Shown here in pieces: positions 13,351 through 25,138 of a DNA stretch of 64,000 nucleotides (positions are counted from its first letter, which is position 1; each line of letters begins with the position of its first letter). Location: assembly GCF_004010195.1 (NCBI RefSeq), contig NC_057728.1:47712166-47776165 (forward strand), given 5' to 3'. Origin of the DNA: Chiloscyllium plagiosum (taxonomy: Eukaryota). Position numbers and translations under genes: made by a program. The notes beneath the pieces were generated by a model, which searched no databases, had not been told where the DNA came from, and was given only the letters and a program-made list of their open reading frames with translations.

Positions 13351-13833
13351 AAGGATCCCATATTATGTACATGGGATCAATCCTGTGGTTTACATCTGGT
13401 TGAGAAACTTGAGAAATTTATTTGTTCCTTCTCCCCATTACACTCCTTTCCCTCAAAGTCACTCTTTCCAGAGAAAATTGGATGATCCCCAGCTGCCCTA
13501 TTCAGCACCCTCAGATGCTGTTGGAGGTCCTGGCACAACTGTGCCAGCTGCTCACGCCCACCCTCACCAACGCCACCTGCTATGCTGGAAGAAGCTTCAC
13601 ATTCCAGATTTATGAATGAAATTTAAATGTGAGTTTCTGACCTTTTTGGGAAAATAAACACTGGCATTCAACCAGGCTTGGTTTTATTAATTGTAAGATT
13701 TAAGTTTACTCAAGATTTTAAGGTAACCAGTAATTTGGCTATATCTGTTTTCTCACTGATGTACTGTTACAATGTTTTTAATGGTACTGAAACAAATCCT
13801 GAAATACTGAACCAAAGGGTGTTGGATACTCAC

Positions 13834-13905
13834 AGTGATCGCAGGGCAGTGAGCTGGCGGAAAGTATCTTGCTGAATTTCATAAATTTTGTTGTGATGCA
13901 GGTCA
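13834..13905 (-). CDS. LGR5: LGR5 exon 13 equivalent (72 bp)
   Basis: tcAG|T GAC CTG CAT CAC AAC...CGA TCA CT|GTgag. Translates DLHHNKIYEIQQDTFRQLTALRSL. Confidence 0.94.
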
Positions 13906-14084
13906 CTGAAAATGGAAACAGATGAATGAAGCTTAACTATCAGGCTCTCAATTGATGGACACTCCGAATTTCTTGGCTTAGAATTTTAATGGATCAAAAA
14001 AAATGTTGCCTGTTCAAATTAGTGGATTTTTCTGAAATGTGCCATCATTTATCACATGAACCCTTGAATTATACTTGCCTACAA

Positions 14085-14300
14085 AGTTAGAAATCACACA
14101 AGACCAGGTTATAGTGCAACAGCTTTATTTGGAAGCACTAGCCTTCGGAGTGCTGCTCCTTCACCAGGTGGTTGTCACCTGATGAAGGAGTGCCGCTCCG
14201 AAAGCTAGTGTTTCCAATTAAACCTGTTGGACTATAACCTGGTCTTGTGTGATTTCTAACTTTGTACACCCCAGTCCAACACCATCATCTCCAAATCATG
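14085..14300. mobile_element. Penelope-type short element, family B, palindromic insertion with 12-bp TSD
   Basis: 14080..14170 is the reverse complement of 14176..14266, followed by a 34-nt one-sided tail. ACTTGCCTACAA at 14073..14084 and 14301..14312. Confidence 0.85.
14176..14210 (+). ncRNA. Minimal hammerhead ribozyme motif, core intact
   Basis: CAC-CTGATGA-A-GGAG-tgccg-CTCC-GAAA-GC-TA-GTG. All core nucleotides present, stem I CAC/GTG, stem II GGAG/CTCC, palindromic AGCT helix III. Confidence 0.75.
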
Positions 14301-14354
14301 ACTTGCCTACAAGGCAGCGTAAAACATTTCTATTAGCAGAAGTCTTACACTTAC

Positions 14355-14420
14355 AGCTTTTGAAGCTTCTGGCAACCAAAGAAACTTGGGAGTTCCTGGA
14401 TCCAGTTGTAAGACAGATCT
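14355..14420 (-). CDS. LGR5: LGR5 exon 12 equivalent (66 bp)
   Basis: acAG|A GAT CTG TCT TAC AAC...CAA AAG CT|GTaag. Translates DLSYNWIQELPSFFGCQKLQKL. Confidence 0.94.
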
Positions 14421-14890
14421 CTGTTAAACATAAAGCACAACTTCTTTGAAAAAGGAAAATAATACTTTATTGTTTTATCAGCTTCTTTGCCTGTGATTTG
14501 TCATCTGTAACCAAGAAAAGGCTCTGCTGAGGGTTTCCCATTATTGCCACCCCAACTGTAGCGTTCCCTCAGCAAGTTGCAGCAACGTTCTTACTGGGGA
14601 CTGCCTGTGTGGAACTATGATCAGGCTGACAATCAGCCAAAAACATTAAAAGATTTTCATCCAACTATGAAACAAAAGTTACAAAACATTATTTTACACC
14701 GAGCAAATTAAAGATTGGTACATGGAAAAAGATTTGATAAAATGGAATGGCAGCTCGGCAAATTTCGGGGCATTTAAAAGTCAACCAATTTGCTGTGGCC
14801 CCAGAGTCACATGTAGGTCAGATTCAGTGACAGATTTCCTTCCCGAAAGGATATTGGACTGATGAGTGGCAAATAATGTCCACATAAGTC

Positions 14891-15857
14891 ATTTATACAA
14901 ATGGCTTGGATGTGAGTTTAAGTTGTATCGTTAGTAAGTTTGTAGATGATATAGATGATACCAAAATTGAAGGTGTAGTGGACAGTGAAGGTTACCTTGG
15001 ATTACAACGGGATCTTGATCAGATGAGCCAATGGGCTGAGGGGTGGCAGATGGAGTTTAATTTAGACAAATGCAAGGTGTTGCATTTTGGGAAAGCAAAT
15101 CCTAGCAAGATTTATACACTTAATGGTAAGGTCCTAGGGAGTTTTGCTGAACAAGGAGACCTTGGAGTGAAGGTTCATAGCTCCTTGAAAGTAGAGTCAC
15201 AGGTAGATAGGATAAGAAGGCGTTTAGTATGCTTTCCATTATTGGGCAGGGTATTGAGTACAGGAGTTGGGAGGTCAAGTTGCAGCTGTACAGGACATTG
15301 GTCGGGCCACTTTTGGAATATTGTATGCAATTCTGGTCTCCTTCCTATCGGAAGGATGTCGTGAAACTTGAAGGATTCAGAAAAGATTTACAAGGATGTT
15401 GAGAGGGTTGGACGATTTGAGCAATTGGGAGAAGTTGAATAGGCTGGGGCTGTTTTCCCTGGAGCGTCCGAGGCTGAGGAGTGACCTTATAGAGTTTTAC
15501 AAAATTCTGAGGGGCATGGATAGGATAAATAGACAAGGTCTTTTCCCTGAGGTGGGGGAGTCCAGAACTAGAGGGCATAGGTTTAGGGTGAGAAGGGAAG
15601 CATATAAAAGAGACTGAAGGAGCAACTTTTTCATGCAGAGGGTGATACGTATGTGGAAAGAGCTGCCTGAGGAAATGGTGGAGGCTAGTACAATTGCAAC
15701 ATTTAAAAGGCATCTGGGTGGCTATATGAATTGGAAGGGTTTGGAGGGATATGGGACAGGTGCTGGCAGGTGGGACTAGATTGGGTTGGGATATCTGGTT
15801 GGCATGGATGAGTTGGACCAAAGGGTCTGTTTCTGTGCTTTACATCTTTATGACTTT
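14891..15857 (+). mobile_element. CR1 LINE 3' fragment, nested in an older LINE (continues 15858..16155)
   Basis: ORFs 14906..15364 and 15396..15617 are RT C-terminal. Same subfamily 3' UTR as 10046..13350. Confidence 0.88.
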
Positions 15858-16339
15858 AAATGCCAGGCAATGACCACTGGCAACAAGAGAGAATCTAACT
15901 ATTGCTGCTTGGCATTCAATGGCAGTATCATCACTGAATTACCCACTATCAACATCCTGAAGGATGCCTTTGACCAGAAACTGAACTGGATTTGTGATAT
16001 AAATCTTGTGGCTATAAAAGCAGGTCAGAGGCTAAGGACTCTGCAGTGAGTAATTCACTTCCTGTCTCCCTAGTGCCTATCAAGAATCTTCGAGATGCAC
16101 ATCGGGACTATGATGGAATATTGGACATTCAAGAAGCTTGACACCATCCAGGGCAATTAATTTGATTTGACACTGTTACCAGGCAAAACACTTGCTTAGT
16201 TTCTCCAGGACAAAATTGGACAAAGAAAGAATGAGTTAATTTTGATAAAGAAATATTAAGTTATCTAACATTTAAGTTTTAGTTGGTTTTCTTTTAAATC
16301 CAGGAAAAATAGGCAATGGTTGATCAATTCATAACTTAC

Positions 16340-16411
16340 AAAACTTGCAAATTTGGTAGCTGTTTGCAAACAGTGCTTGGAAGAGATGCAATTCGTGCTC
16401 CTGTTAGAGTC
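16340..16411 (-). CDS. LGR5: LGR5 exon 11 equivalent (72 bp)
   Basis: tcAG|G ACT CTA ACA GGA GCA...CAA GTT TT|GTaag. Translates TLTGARIASLPSTVCKQLPNLQVL. Confidence 0.95.
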
Positions 16412-16529
16412 CTGAAAGATAAAAGCTGTTACTCTCAGTAAATATAACATATATCATCAACATTTCTTTTCCAAATATATTGTGGAATATCAATCAAATA
16501 TGTTCAAAGTTTGGTTGTGAAAAACTTAC

Positions 16530-16598
16530 AGACTTTCTAAACTTATGGTGCCAGTAAGATCTGGAAATTCAGTTATTTCAGTTGCTCCATTAAGGGAG
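16530..16598 (-). CDS. LGR5: LGR5 exon 10 equivalent (69 bp)
   Basis: ctAG|C TCC CTT AAT GGA GCA...GAA AGT CT|GTaag. Translates SLNGATEITEFPDLTGTISLESL. Confidence 0.95.
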
Positions 16599-16701
16599 CT
16601 AGAAAGAGAAAAGGGATTAGTATTTAATAAAATAGTACAAATGTTTGGCCTATATACTTTTTACAAGATTTCAGTGATATGAGCACTTAATTTGTACTTA
16701 C

Positions 16702-16773
16702 AGTATGCGTAACTCAGGCAGGTGTTGAAAAGCAGATTTTCCAACGAATTGGATCGGATTATCATAGAAATGG
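16702..16773 (-). CDS. LGR5: LGR5 exon 9 equivalent (72 bp)
   Basis: gcAG|C CAT TTC TAT GAT AAT CCG...ATA CT|GTaag. Translates HFYDNPIQFVGKSAFQHLPELRIL. Confidence 0.95.
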
Positions 16774-16887
16774 CTGCAAAGAAAAAGCATTTTAATCATA
16801 CCCACACTTTCAAGACTGCAGCTTCAGAACAGTAATTGACTTGGAAGCTTGATGTTGCTAGCTTTTACTTCACTTTAATTAAGTTTT

Positions 16888-17002
16888 AATGAAGAGTTAT
16901 ATCAGACTTGAAATGTTAACTCTGTTTCTCTCTCCACAGATGTTTCTCCAGCTTTTTCTGTTTTAGTTTAGATTTCCAGCATCCGGTCTTTTGCTTTTAT
17001 TT
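16888..17002 (+). mobile_element. Penelope-type short element, family C, degenerate (in LGR5 intron 8)
   Basis: TGAAGAGTT.....GACTTGAAATGTTAACTCTGTTTCTCTCTCCACAGATG. Related to 55911..56078, ~58225..58330 and ~62920..62990. Confidence 0.55.
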
Positions 17003-17112
17003 GAGTGAAAAGCTTGATTTTAAAAAGTGAACAAGAACAGAAATGAAACTCTAAACTCAACCCACCATCCTGTAATTTAGTATGTAAAGTTAAATGTTGA
17101 AATAAAACTTAC

Positions 17113-17184
17113 ATAGTTAGGAGGGATGGATTGCCAACAAATGCATGTTCAGGGATTGACCGAATGTTGTTGCTATGAAAGCCC
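17113..17184 (-). CDS. LGR5: LGR5 exon 8 equivalent (72 bp)
   Basis: ctAG|G GGC TTT CAT AGC AAC...ACT AT|GTaag. Translates GFHSNNIRSIPEHAFVGNPSLLTI. Confidence 0.95.
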
Positions 17185-18830
17185 CTAGAACATAATTTAT
17201 ATCAAATGAACAATGGCTTACAACAGTCTAGAGTTCCAAAATCTTCTATTACATCAACATAGTTTCAAAAGTTAATTGTTCTTCCTTACTATTTATGTTC
17301 ACCTATGGACCTACTGGCACAGGATAACTATTTTAAGGTCACATTTCACTTGCTATATTTCAGAAATAGTTTGTTGTGTGAAGCTCTAAGAGATGTTCTC
17401 ACATGAACTCATAATAGGAATATTACACTCCCATTTATACAATTTGTTTTTTCTTTTAACAGCAACAGTAACTTACTTTGCAGTAGCAGCATTACCTGAG
17501 GGAAAATTTACCAATGCAATGGTCGAACCAAGAATATGATAATAAGGGAGGTGGTCAAAGGAGCGGTTGTAAAGGTACATTTTTGAGACACAGTTGAAAG
17601 TAAGGAGAGTTGTATAAAGGAGATCAATTTGAATAGAAAGTCCCAGGATCTAAGAGCAAGATTTGTGAAGGTTCTGCTACTGATGGGACAATGAGAATTT
17701 ATGATAAGCAGGACTGGAGGGGGACCAGAAACGGCTGTAGAGAGACATGCAAATGAAAACAAACTTTTAAGGTTGAAGGGTTGATGGCTAGAAAAGTAAT
17801 AGTCATATAGGAGACCAGTAGAGACAAGTGTGCAATAACTTTCTGGATGGCTGGAGGTTTAGTCAGTGTGGAACTTGTAAGCCCAACAGGAGGATATCAA
17901 CAATGTCACATTCAGCACTGAAAGGCATAGCTCCTTCTCCTACTTTGATTTTAAATATGCCGACTGTAACATATTGGACAATAAAAAGCTTTGAAATCAT
18001 TTTTCAAAATTTAAGAATGAATTATCCTTTTTTATTCTCTTATCCATCAGATCTCCCAAGGACCTGCATCACCTGTAGACAAACTACTTCTACCAATATG
18101 ACTTTGGATCAGTTGCCTGGAATCCTGCCAGATGAGTCTTTTGATGTTTTCATTCAGCCAATCTTCCTTTTTATGAAAGGAACCTGATCTTTGCTCAACA
18201 TCTCCCCCAGCTTCTGTGCTCCTGCATTGTATTGCTTGTGCCAGCTGAAAACTCCCTCAACTTATCATTTTGATTTACAGTGAGCCCTACCTTGTAGATT
18301 TGTGTGGGCACCAGAGACCATCACCTGGAGTCAAAGCCATGACCAATTTTCTTTTCTGCAGACTGTTACAAATTTTGCAGTAACTTCCAAGTGACGGGCA
18401 GAGCGAAAAGGTTTTGGAATATAAAATACAACAAGTGCTCAAATTGCTGAAGTACTGGCTATTTCACAGCAAAATCTTTAAATGCAGTGATGGTATCTCA
18501 TTCAGTCATGTTTTCTTCTGACTTCCATTTCCTCTTCTAAGATCAGAATCAGTATTATCAGATTCCATGAATAGACCTAATTATTAGAGCTCATTAATAT
18601 GTCAAAGAGAATTCCAACCCTGACCGCAGAATTGGCATTCTTGCAATATCATAAAAATATGCAAAAGATTTGGCCCAAAGATTAATTGACAGTATCCAGT
18701 GACTTAACAATTTTACCCATAACAACACTGAACCCACCCTGAGGTGACACTGCCACTCCATTTTGATCGCTTTGATGATAAAACTGCACGTACTTGTTCA
18801 ATGTGAATCCTGACAGCATGGGATACTTAC

Positions 18831-18899
18831 AGCTCTTTAAGATTTGTTAGTGTCTTTATCGCAACAGGAAATTCATCCAGATTGTTGTAGTTCAAATCT
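18831..18899 (-). CDS. LGR5: LGR5 exon 7 equivalent (69 bp)
   Basis: gcAG|A GAT TTG AAC TAC AAC...AAA GAG CT|GTaag. Translates DLNYNNLDEFPVAIKTLTNLKEL. Confidence 0.95.
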
Positions 18900-19556
18900 C
18901 TGCATTAGATAACAAATATGAAGAAACATAATGAGGTCATCTGCAATTGTGGCCAGAATGTATTTAGTTAAATTTCAAACCAATATTTGGCAACAGACTC
19001 TTTGCAAACTTCAGTTCACTTCCAGCTTTTAACAATCATGTAATGTCACAACAATAATCACACAAATCCTTAGCAGAATCAATGAATGTGCTTATATATA
19101 TTTTTAAAAACTGAACTATCTTTTGAAAAACTCAGGGTTCCTTTGAAAGCTTGGTTCATTAAACAATTCTCATCTTTCAAAAGGTAAATCAAGTTATCAT
19201 GTGCTAAAATCTACAGTATAAGTATATTGTGCTCTCTTGTAGGTATTTTGCTTTCATATACAAGAGTTTCAGTGCTCTAGGAATTTTTAAAAAAATCATT
19301 CATAGGATGTGTGCATTGCCGGAGAGACCAACATTTATTGTATGGGCTACACTGTAGGGGAATTAACCTAATCTTCTACAGCCCATGTGGTACAGAGACC
19401 TTCACAGTGTTGTTAGGTGCAGCATTTCGTGTGTTTGACCAAGCAGCAATGAAAAGGTGATGTATTTCTGAGTCAAAATTGTGTGTAACTTTCAGGAGAA
19501 CTTGAAGGTTTGCAATGTACATGCTTCCCTTGCCATCCAGGTTTGAAGGAGCTGTT

Positions 19557-20410
19557 ATAGAGTCATAGAGATGATTATCACAGAAACAGACCCTTCAGTC
19601 CAACTTGTCCATGCTGCCATTATATCCTAAACAAATCTAGTCCGCTTTGCCAGCATTTAGCCTTTATCCCTTTAAACCCCTTATATTCATATACCCATCC
19701 AGATGCCTTTTAAAAGTTGTAATTGTACCAACCTCCACCACTTCCTCTGGCAGCTCATTCAATACATGCACCAGCCTCTGCGTGAAAAAGTTTCCCCTTA
19801 GGCCCCTTTTAAATCTTTCCCCTCTCACCTTAAACTATGGTCTCTAGTTTTCGATTCCCCTACCCAGAAAAAAAGATTGTGTCTGTTTACCCTATCCATG
19901 TCGCTCATGATTTTTCACCCCTTAGCTCCAGGGAAAACAGCCCCAGCCTATTCAGCCTCTCCCTATAGCTCAAACCCTCCAACCCTGGCAACATCCTTGT
20001 AAATCTTTTCTGGACGCTTTCAATTTTCACAATATCCTCTCTATAGCAGGGAGACCAGAATTGCACACAAAATTCCAAAAGTGGCCTAACCAATATCCTT
20101 TAGAGCCGCAATAGGATCTCCCAATTCCTATACTCAATGCCCTGACCAATAAAGGAAAGCATACCAAATGCCTTCTTCACTACACTATTGACCTGCAACT
20201 CCACTTTCAAGGAACTATGATCCTGCATTTCAAGGTCGCTTTGTTCAGCAACATTCCCCAGGTCCTTACCATCAAGTGTACAAGTCCTGCCCTGATTTGC
20301 CTTTCCAAAGTACAGCACCTCACATTTATGTAAAAACTCTACCTGCCACTCCTCGTCCATTGACCCATCTGATCAAGATCCTACTGTACTCTGTTGAGGA
20401 AGTTTTAACA
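19557..20410 (-). mobile_element. CR1 LINE 3' fragment inserted into an older LINE (flanks ~19290..19555 and ~20415..21200)
   Basis: ORFs 19905..20093 and 20100..20360 are RT C-terminal; tail reads TAGAGTCATAGAG on plus. Confidence 0.88.
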
Positions 20411-21602
20411 ATTTACCACAGTGCAATATGTGTATGGTGCACACTGTTGTCATTGTGCACTGGGAATTGAGTGAATGAATATTGGAAGTGGATGGGGCAA
20501 CAATCAAGTGGACTGCTTTGTGCTGGGCCCTTGAATGTGGTTGGAGCTACACTCATCCAGACGAGTGTAGTGGATTTCATTGCACCTCTGACTTGTACCT
20601 TGTAGATGGTGGACAAACTTTAGGGAGTCAGGACTGAGTTACTTACTGATAAATTCTCAGTTTCTGATGTGCTGTGTAGCCACTGTATTTATATGACTGG
20701 TCTACTGTATTTCTGATCAATGGCAACCTTATAATGTAGATAGTGGGGGCTGGGTGGAGGCCATTCATTCAGTAAGATGGATGCGAATGCTTTGTACTGA
20801 TATGCTGACTTCCCCATCACTGAGAATGGGGATCTTTGGAAGTGTTCTCCCCCATATTGATTAGTTACCATCATTCATACTTGGATGTTAGAGCATTGTT
20901 CTGATCTGTTGTGTTTCAGATCTCTTAGAGTTGAATGGAGTGTGTAGCTTCTGGTGTCCAGAAAGCATTTAGTCCTGAGTGAAGGTTTCACCAGGTCATT
21001 TAGCTCTTCACTTCTTGGTGTGCCTGGAGTTCACTCTGGCATGCTCCGTACACTCCCCATTGAACCAGGTTAATCCGTTATTCCTAGATGTCACACTGCG
21101 GGACATGCAGAGCCATAAGGTTACAGGTTGTGGCACAATACTGAAAATACTGCAAATGGCTCACAGCATCCTATGGAGGTACAATTGCACAGGCACCACC
21201 GATGGAGTTTGCTCTCTTCTGGCCCACATCAGCAATAGTCCTTCGAGAAAACCTGATTTCCATTCAAAAGCTGCCATTAGCCTGTTACTAAAGGGCAGGA
21301 GGGAAGGGTCCCTTTGTTCCAGGCCATGAGCTGAATTGTCCCAATTCTGTTGGGGGTGGACTTGATGGCAGGACCAGGGGAAATTCAGATATGTTGGTGT
21401 AAGGTCAGTGTACTGACATGGTGCTGTCTCCAGTCAATCTCACCGGAAATGGTTCATCGCTTGCAAAAGTGACCCAAATGCAGCAACAGGGTATCCAGTT
21501 TGAGTACATAATGGGATAGGAAGTTTGGAAGATTAAGATTTGGCCCTCGACAAACTTGGACAGTGATGTGTAGAAATTGGCTGGAGGCCACTTAAGTGAG
21601 AC

Positions 21603-21730
21603 TATAAGACCATAAGATACAAGAGCAGAAAATAGGCTATTCGGCCCATCGAGTCTGCTCCACCATTCATGACTGATAGCTTTCAATCCTATTGTCCCGC
21701 TTTGTCCCTGTAACCTTTGATCCCCTTGAA
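21603..21730 (-). mobile_element. CR1-type 3' UTR fragment, (TAAGACCA)n tail
   Basis: Tandem tail plus TAGGCTATTCGGCCCATCGAGTCTGCTCCACCATTC, similar to the 3' UTR at 34783. Confidence 0.65.
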
Positions 21731-22590
21731 GGAATCTAGAAGACCTCCTATTCTAACACCACCATCCCACCACAGCAACAACAATTAGCTGCGGTTTTCC
21801 TCTATGGGGACAGTTTGGTAGCTATGGCCAGAGTTTACCATTTAAAAGAAATTCTAACCACCTCAACAGGTGTGTCAAGATGGAAGGGGCCACCTTTACC
21901 ATTGGAACTGCTTTCTTTCAATGCTTGCAGGCCCTCTGATTAGGATGCAATTGGATGGTGGACTTGGACGGGGCAAAGAGTTTGACTCCAGCAAGATCTC
22001 CCAACTGGGAATGCTGCCTGCAAAATGTGGGTTGAGGATCCAGAAGTGGTCTCATCCCTCAATTGCTTATAAAGGAGAAAACTCTCTCACACATTAGCAA
22101 ATGCAGCACTTGGTGATTGGTCTATGTTGCTTTTGCATTTCTGTTCCCACTAATATAAAACTGAATTAATTTTCTTGGCAAGCTCACACATTCAAAGCCA
22201 GAGATATCCTTCTGATTGGAATCTTTCATACAAAATACTGCACAGGCCTGTTATTATAAAAGTAGTGTTAAGGGTCACAGATGATTGTGTCAACTGTTCT
22301 GTTTGGCTCTTTGATATTTTGCTGCAAGAAGTCTTTATTTGGTTTTAAATTAAGTTTATGGTTTGGTTTCAGATACAGTACAGGAAAAAAACTGAAGTGT
22401 CTGCTCTCCATGGGTTGCTTAAACATCTACACTATTTAAGACCAAACTGAGGTAGCAATTAACTTGTACTGCAATAGTTGGCAAACATTTTCATGTTTAT
22501 TAATCTAATAGTAGATGACTTATTAAACACCATAAATAGATTATTTTTGCAATATCATTAAATACCTACAAGTGACACAACAGTCTTTTA

Positions 22591-22708
22591 TCTGACGGGG
22601 AGCAGCGGTCCAAACGCTTGTGATTTCAAATAAACTTGTTGGACTATAACCTGGTGTCCTGTGGCTTCCAACCTTGCCAATCTCAATCCAACATTGGCGC
22701 CTCCACAT
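22591..22708 (+). mobile_element. Penelope-type short element, family B, single degenerate copy
   Basis: CTGACGGGGAGCAGCGGTCCAAACGCTTGTG...GTTGGACTATAACCTGGTGT...TCCAACA; matches the right arm of 14085..14300. Confidence 0.7.
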
Positions 22709-22944
22709 ATATAACTGTGCATAGGTTTTTATATCATATGGGCTCCTGAAATTTTTGATATTCACGGAGAATATTGTAAGTTTTCAACTGAAGAGACAGA
22801 ATAATTAGAAATACATTGGTGATTGTGTTTCACTTTAAAGATTTTGTTAATTCCTCAGTTATTTTGATTTTTTTTTGAATTTCTGTTTTTACATATTGAA
22901 ACATTCAATAAAAGGGAAACAAATAAAACAAGATGCCGACTTAC

Positions 22945-23016
22945 AAAGTTTCTAGGCTGTGGAGACCATCAAAACATCTCTTCCCCAGGGAGTGGATTTG
23001 ATTGTTATGGAGATGC
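22945..23016 (-). CDS. LGR5: LGR5 exon 6 equivalent (72 bp)
   Basis: gcAG|G CAT CTC CAT AAC AAT...GAA ACT TT|GTaag. Translates HLHNNQIHSLGKRCFDGLHSLETL, nearly identical to human LGR5 HLHNNRIHSLGKKCFDGLHSLETL and less like LGR6 (recalled). Confidence 0.95.
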
Positions 23017-25050
23017 CTGCAGGGTATCATTAATGGCACAATCAGGAAAAGAACGTGCACATGACAAGCTTAAACAAACTTTAGGTTGAAATTCTTCAGC
23101 CATTCCACATATTTATTCGATTCAGGTTACACCAATACTTTAAATATTTGTTGCTAATAGCAGTGTACATATGTTCAAAATTGAAAATGATGTCAGATTT
23201 ATGTTAAACCATCACTCATTGGCAAATAAAAATTCAATTTGTGTACATAAACCCCTGAAGTTTACACAATTGTTCAAATTCTGTTCAGACACTCTGGTGT
23301 TAAATTACCAATTTGATAAATGTGAGTAGTTCTTATTCCCTTTGAAACATGTCAAAAGACTCACATCATTTCAGAGCCTCAGTTAAATCAGATGTCAAAA
23401 GGATGTGAGTTTTTACTCCAAACAAGGGTTAGGCTACTGATGTCTTTAAACTTGAAGTTTTCAACTGTATGAGAAAGTTTAGCATTTCTCCCCTTGTTAC
23501 AAATCCTGATGGACCCTATTCTGTATTCACAGCTTTGTCTTTTCATGTTTCAGAGCTTCAGCATTTGGATTTGATATTCTGGATTATTTACAGCATTGCA
23601 AATCAATAATCAGTTGGAATTGGCAGTTGAAAGGATTGTTATTGGAAAGTTGCAAAACCTTCTATGACAGATACTGTGACAGATACAGTGAATACAGATG
23701 CAGCATCGAATTTGAAAAGTATATCTCCCCATCTGCAATCAATGTGAATACTAAAGCATTGATTCACTTTAACAGAAAATTTGAAGACAATATGAAGAAT
23801 GGACAATCCAAGTTCATCTTTCAACTCTTCTAGAAAACATCATTAGACTGCCACAGTTCAAGAAGGCAACTCACCCCCACCTCCTCAATTAGGGATGGAC
23901 AATAAATGCTGGCCTAGTTGGCAATGCTCACATTCTGTGGAAGAAATTTTTTTTTACAAATTTTTGAATCTTTGGTGCTACAAGGTTCCCTGTTAGAATA
24001 TGCCAAATATTTTCCATCCTTTCAGTAAGGATGAGATTCTCTTTATAACTTGTGTTAAAATTATTTTTTAGTAATTTCAATGCATGTTCTTTATTGTTAA
24101 CTACCAGACTTACTTTTAAGTGGTACTTTAGCCAATTTGTAATGCTTCTGCAATTGAAATTCAAAATTTCTAGCACTTCTGGTTTTGCTCCCCTGAGAGA
24201 TGTACCTTTTTGAATAAAAACACATTTCCCATTTCCACCCTTCAACAGATTTTCTTCCCAATATCCCTAAGATCACAAGGCTAACAGACAATACCAACCA
24301 TCCCTGCAATATCGGAGATAAATAGCTCTTACCACATTTTGAATGACTTTGATAACACAGTCTTTTTCAATTCCTACATGTTATTCCGATGAAGCTGTTC
24401 GTGCATTACTTGGCAATATTATCCAGTTGAATTGGTAAATTAGCACTCAAATCTGTTTCTAAATTACAACGTTTGATGTGATTTGTAGGAGTGGTACCAT
24501 TTGCTCTTGTTCTCCTCTGAAGATAATCAAGTCACCTTTGATTAATACTTTCGCTTTCTACACGACTAAATGTATGAGCTTGCTTTGAGGAGAAGGACTT
24601 GCATTGTATGCTCCATGACATGACAGGCTGAAGCAATTAGAAAATCCCTCAAAGTTTTGTTGTTACAATCCACAGACTTTTAAATGCAATTCTAATCTAT
24701 TTTGTGTTTCAAATTTGTCACAGTTCATTGGGAGATCCGTTTCAAGGCAGTGTCTCATTTGGAGTGGGTGAAATGCTTGGTTTTTAAACAAGCAAATGAA
24801 TGACTTTGAGAAAATGTAGAAAATTAATTGTCAATACTGAATGAAGGGACTGTTTTTAAAAACACATTGGAAGATTCATCAAGTTAGAACAGGGATAAGA
24901 TCCTTTATACACAGCCAATGTTTCTGTAGGATGTGCAGTGTATTATACAGAAATGACATGGGTTTTTCAGTTTTGTTAACAATTTAATGGAGAATAGCTT
25001 ATTTGTAGTTTAGTGCATTAGTTGTCTACTGGTAATGTTTAGTTGCTGAC

Positions 25051-25138
25051 AGTGTGGTGCTGGAAAAGCACAGCAAGTCAGGCAGCATCCAAGGAGCAGG
25101 AAAATTGACATTTCAGGCAAAAGTCCTTTGTCAGGAAT
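25051..25138 (-). mobile_element. Penelope-type short element, family A fragment
   Basis: GCTGGAAAAGCACAGCAAGTCAGGCAGCATCCAAGGAGCAGG...TCAGGAAT; degenerate hammerhead core. Confidence 0.7.

Noticed and set aside
22309..22315. Isolated CTTTGAT TCF-like sites (also ~24537)
   Set aside because: Single 7-mers are expected by chance in AT-rich DNA; no supporting context.
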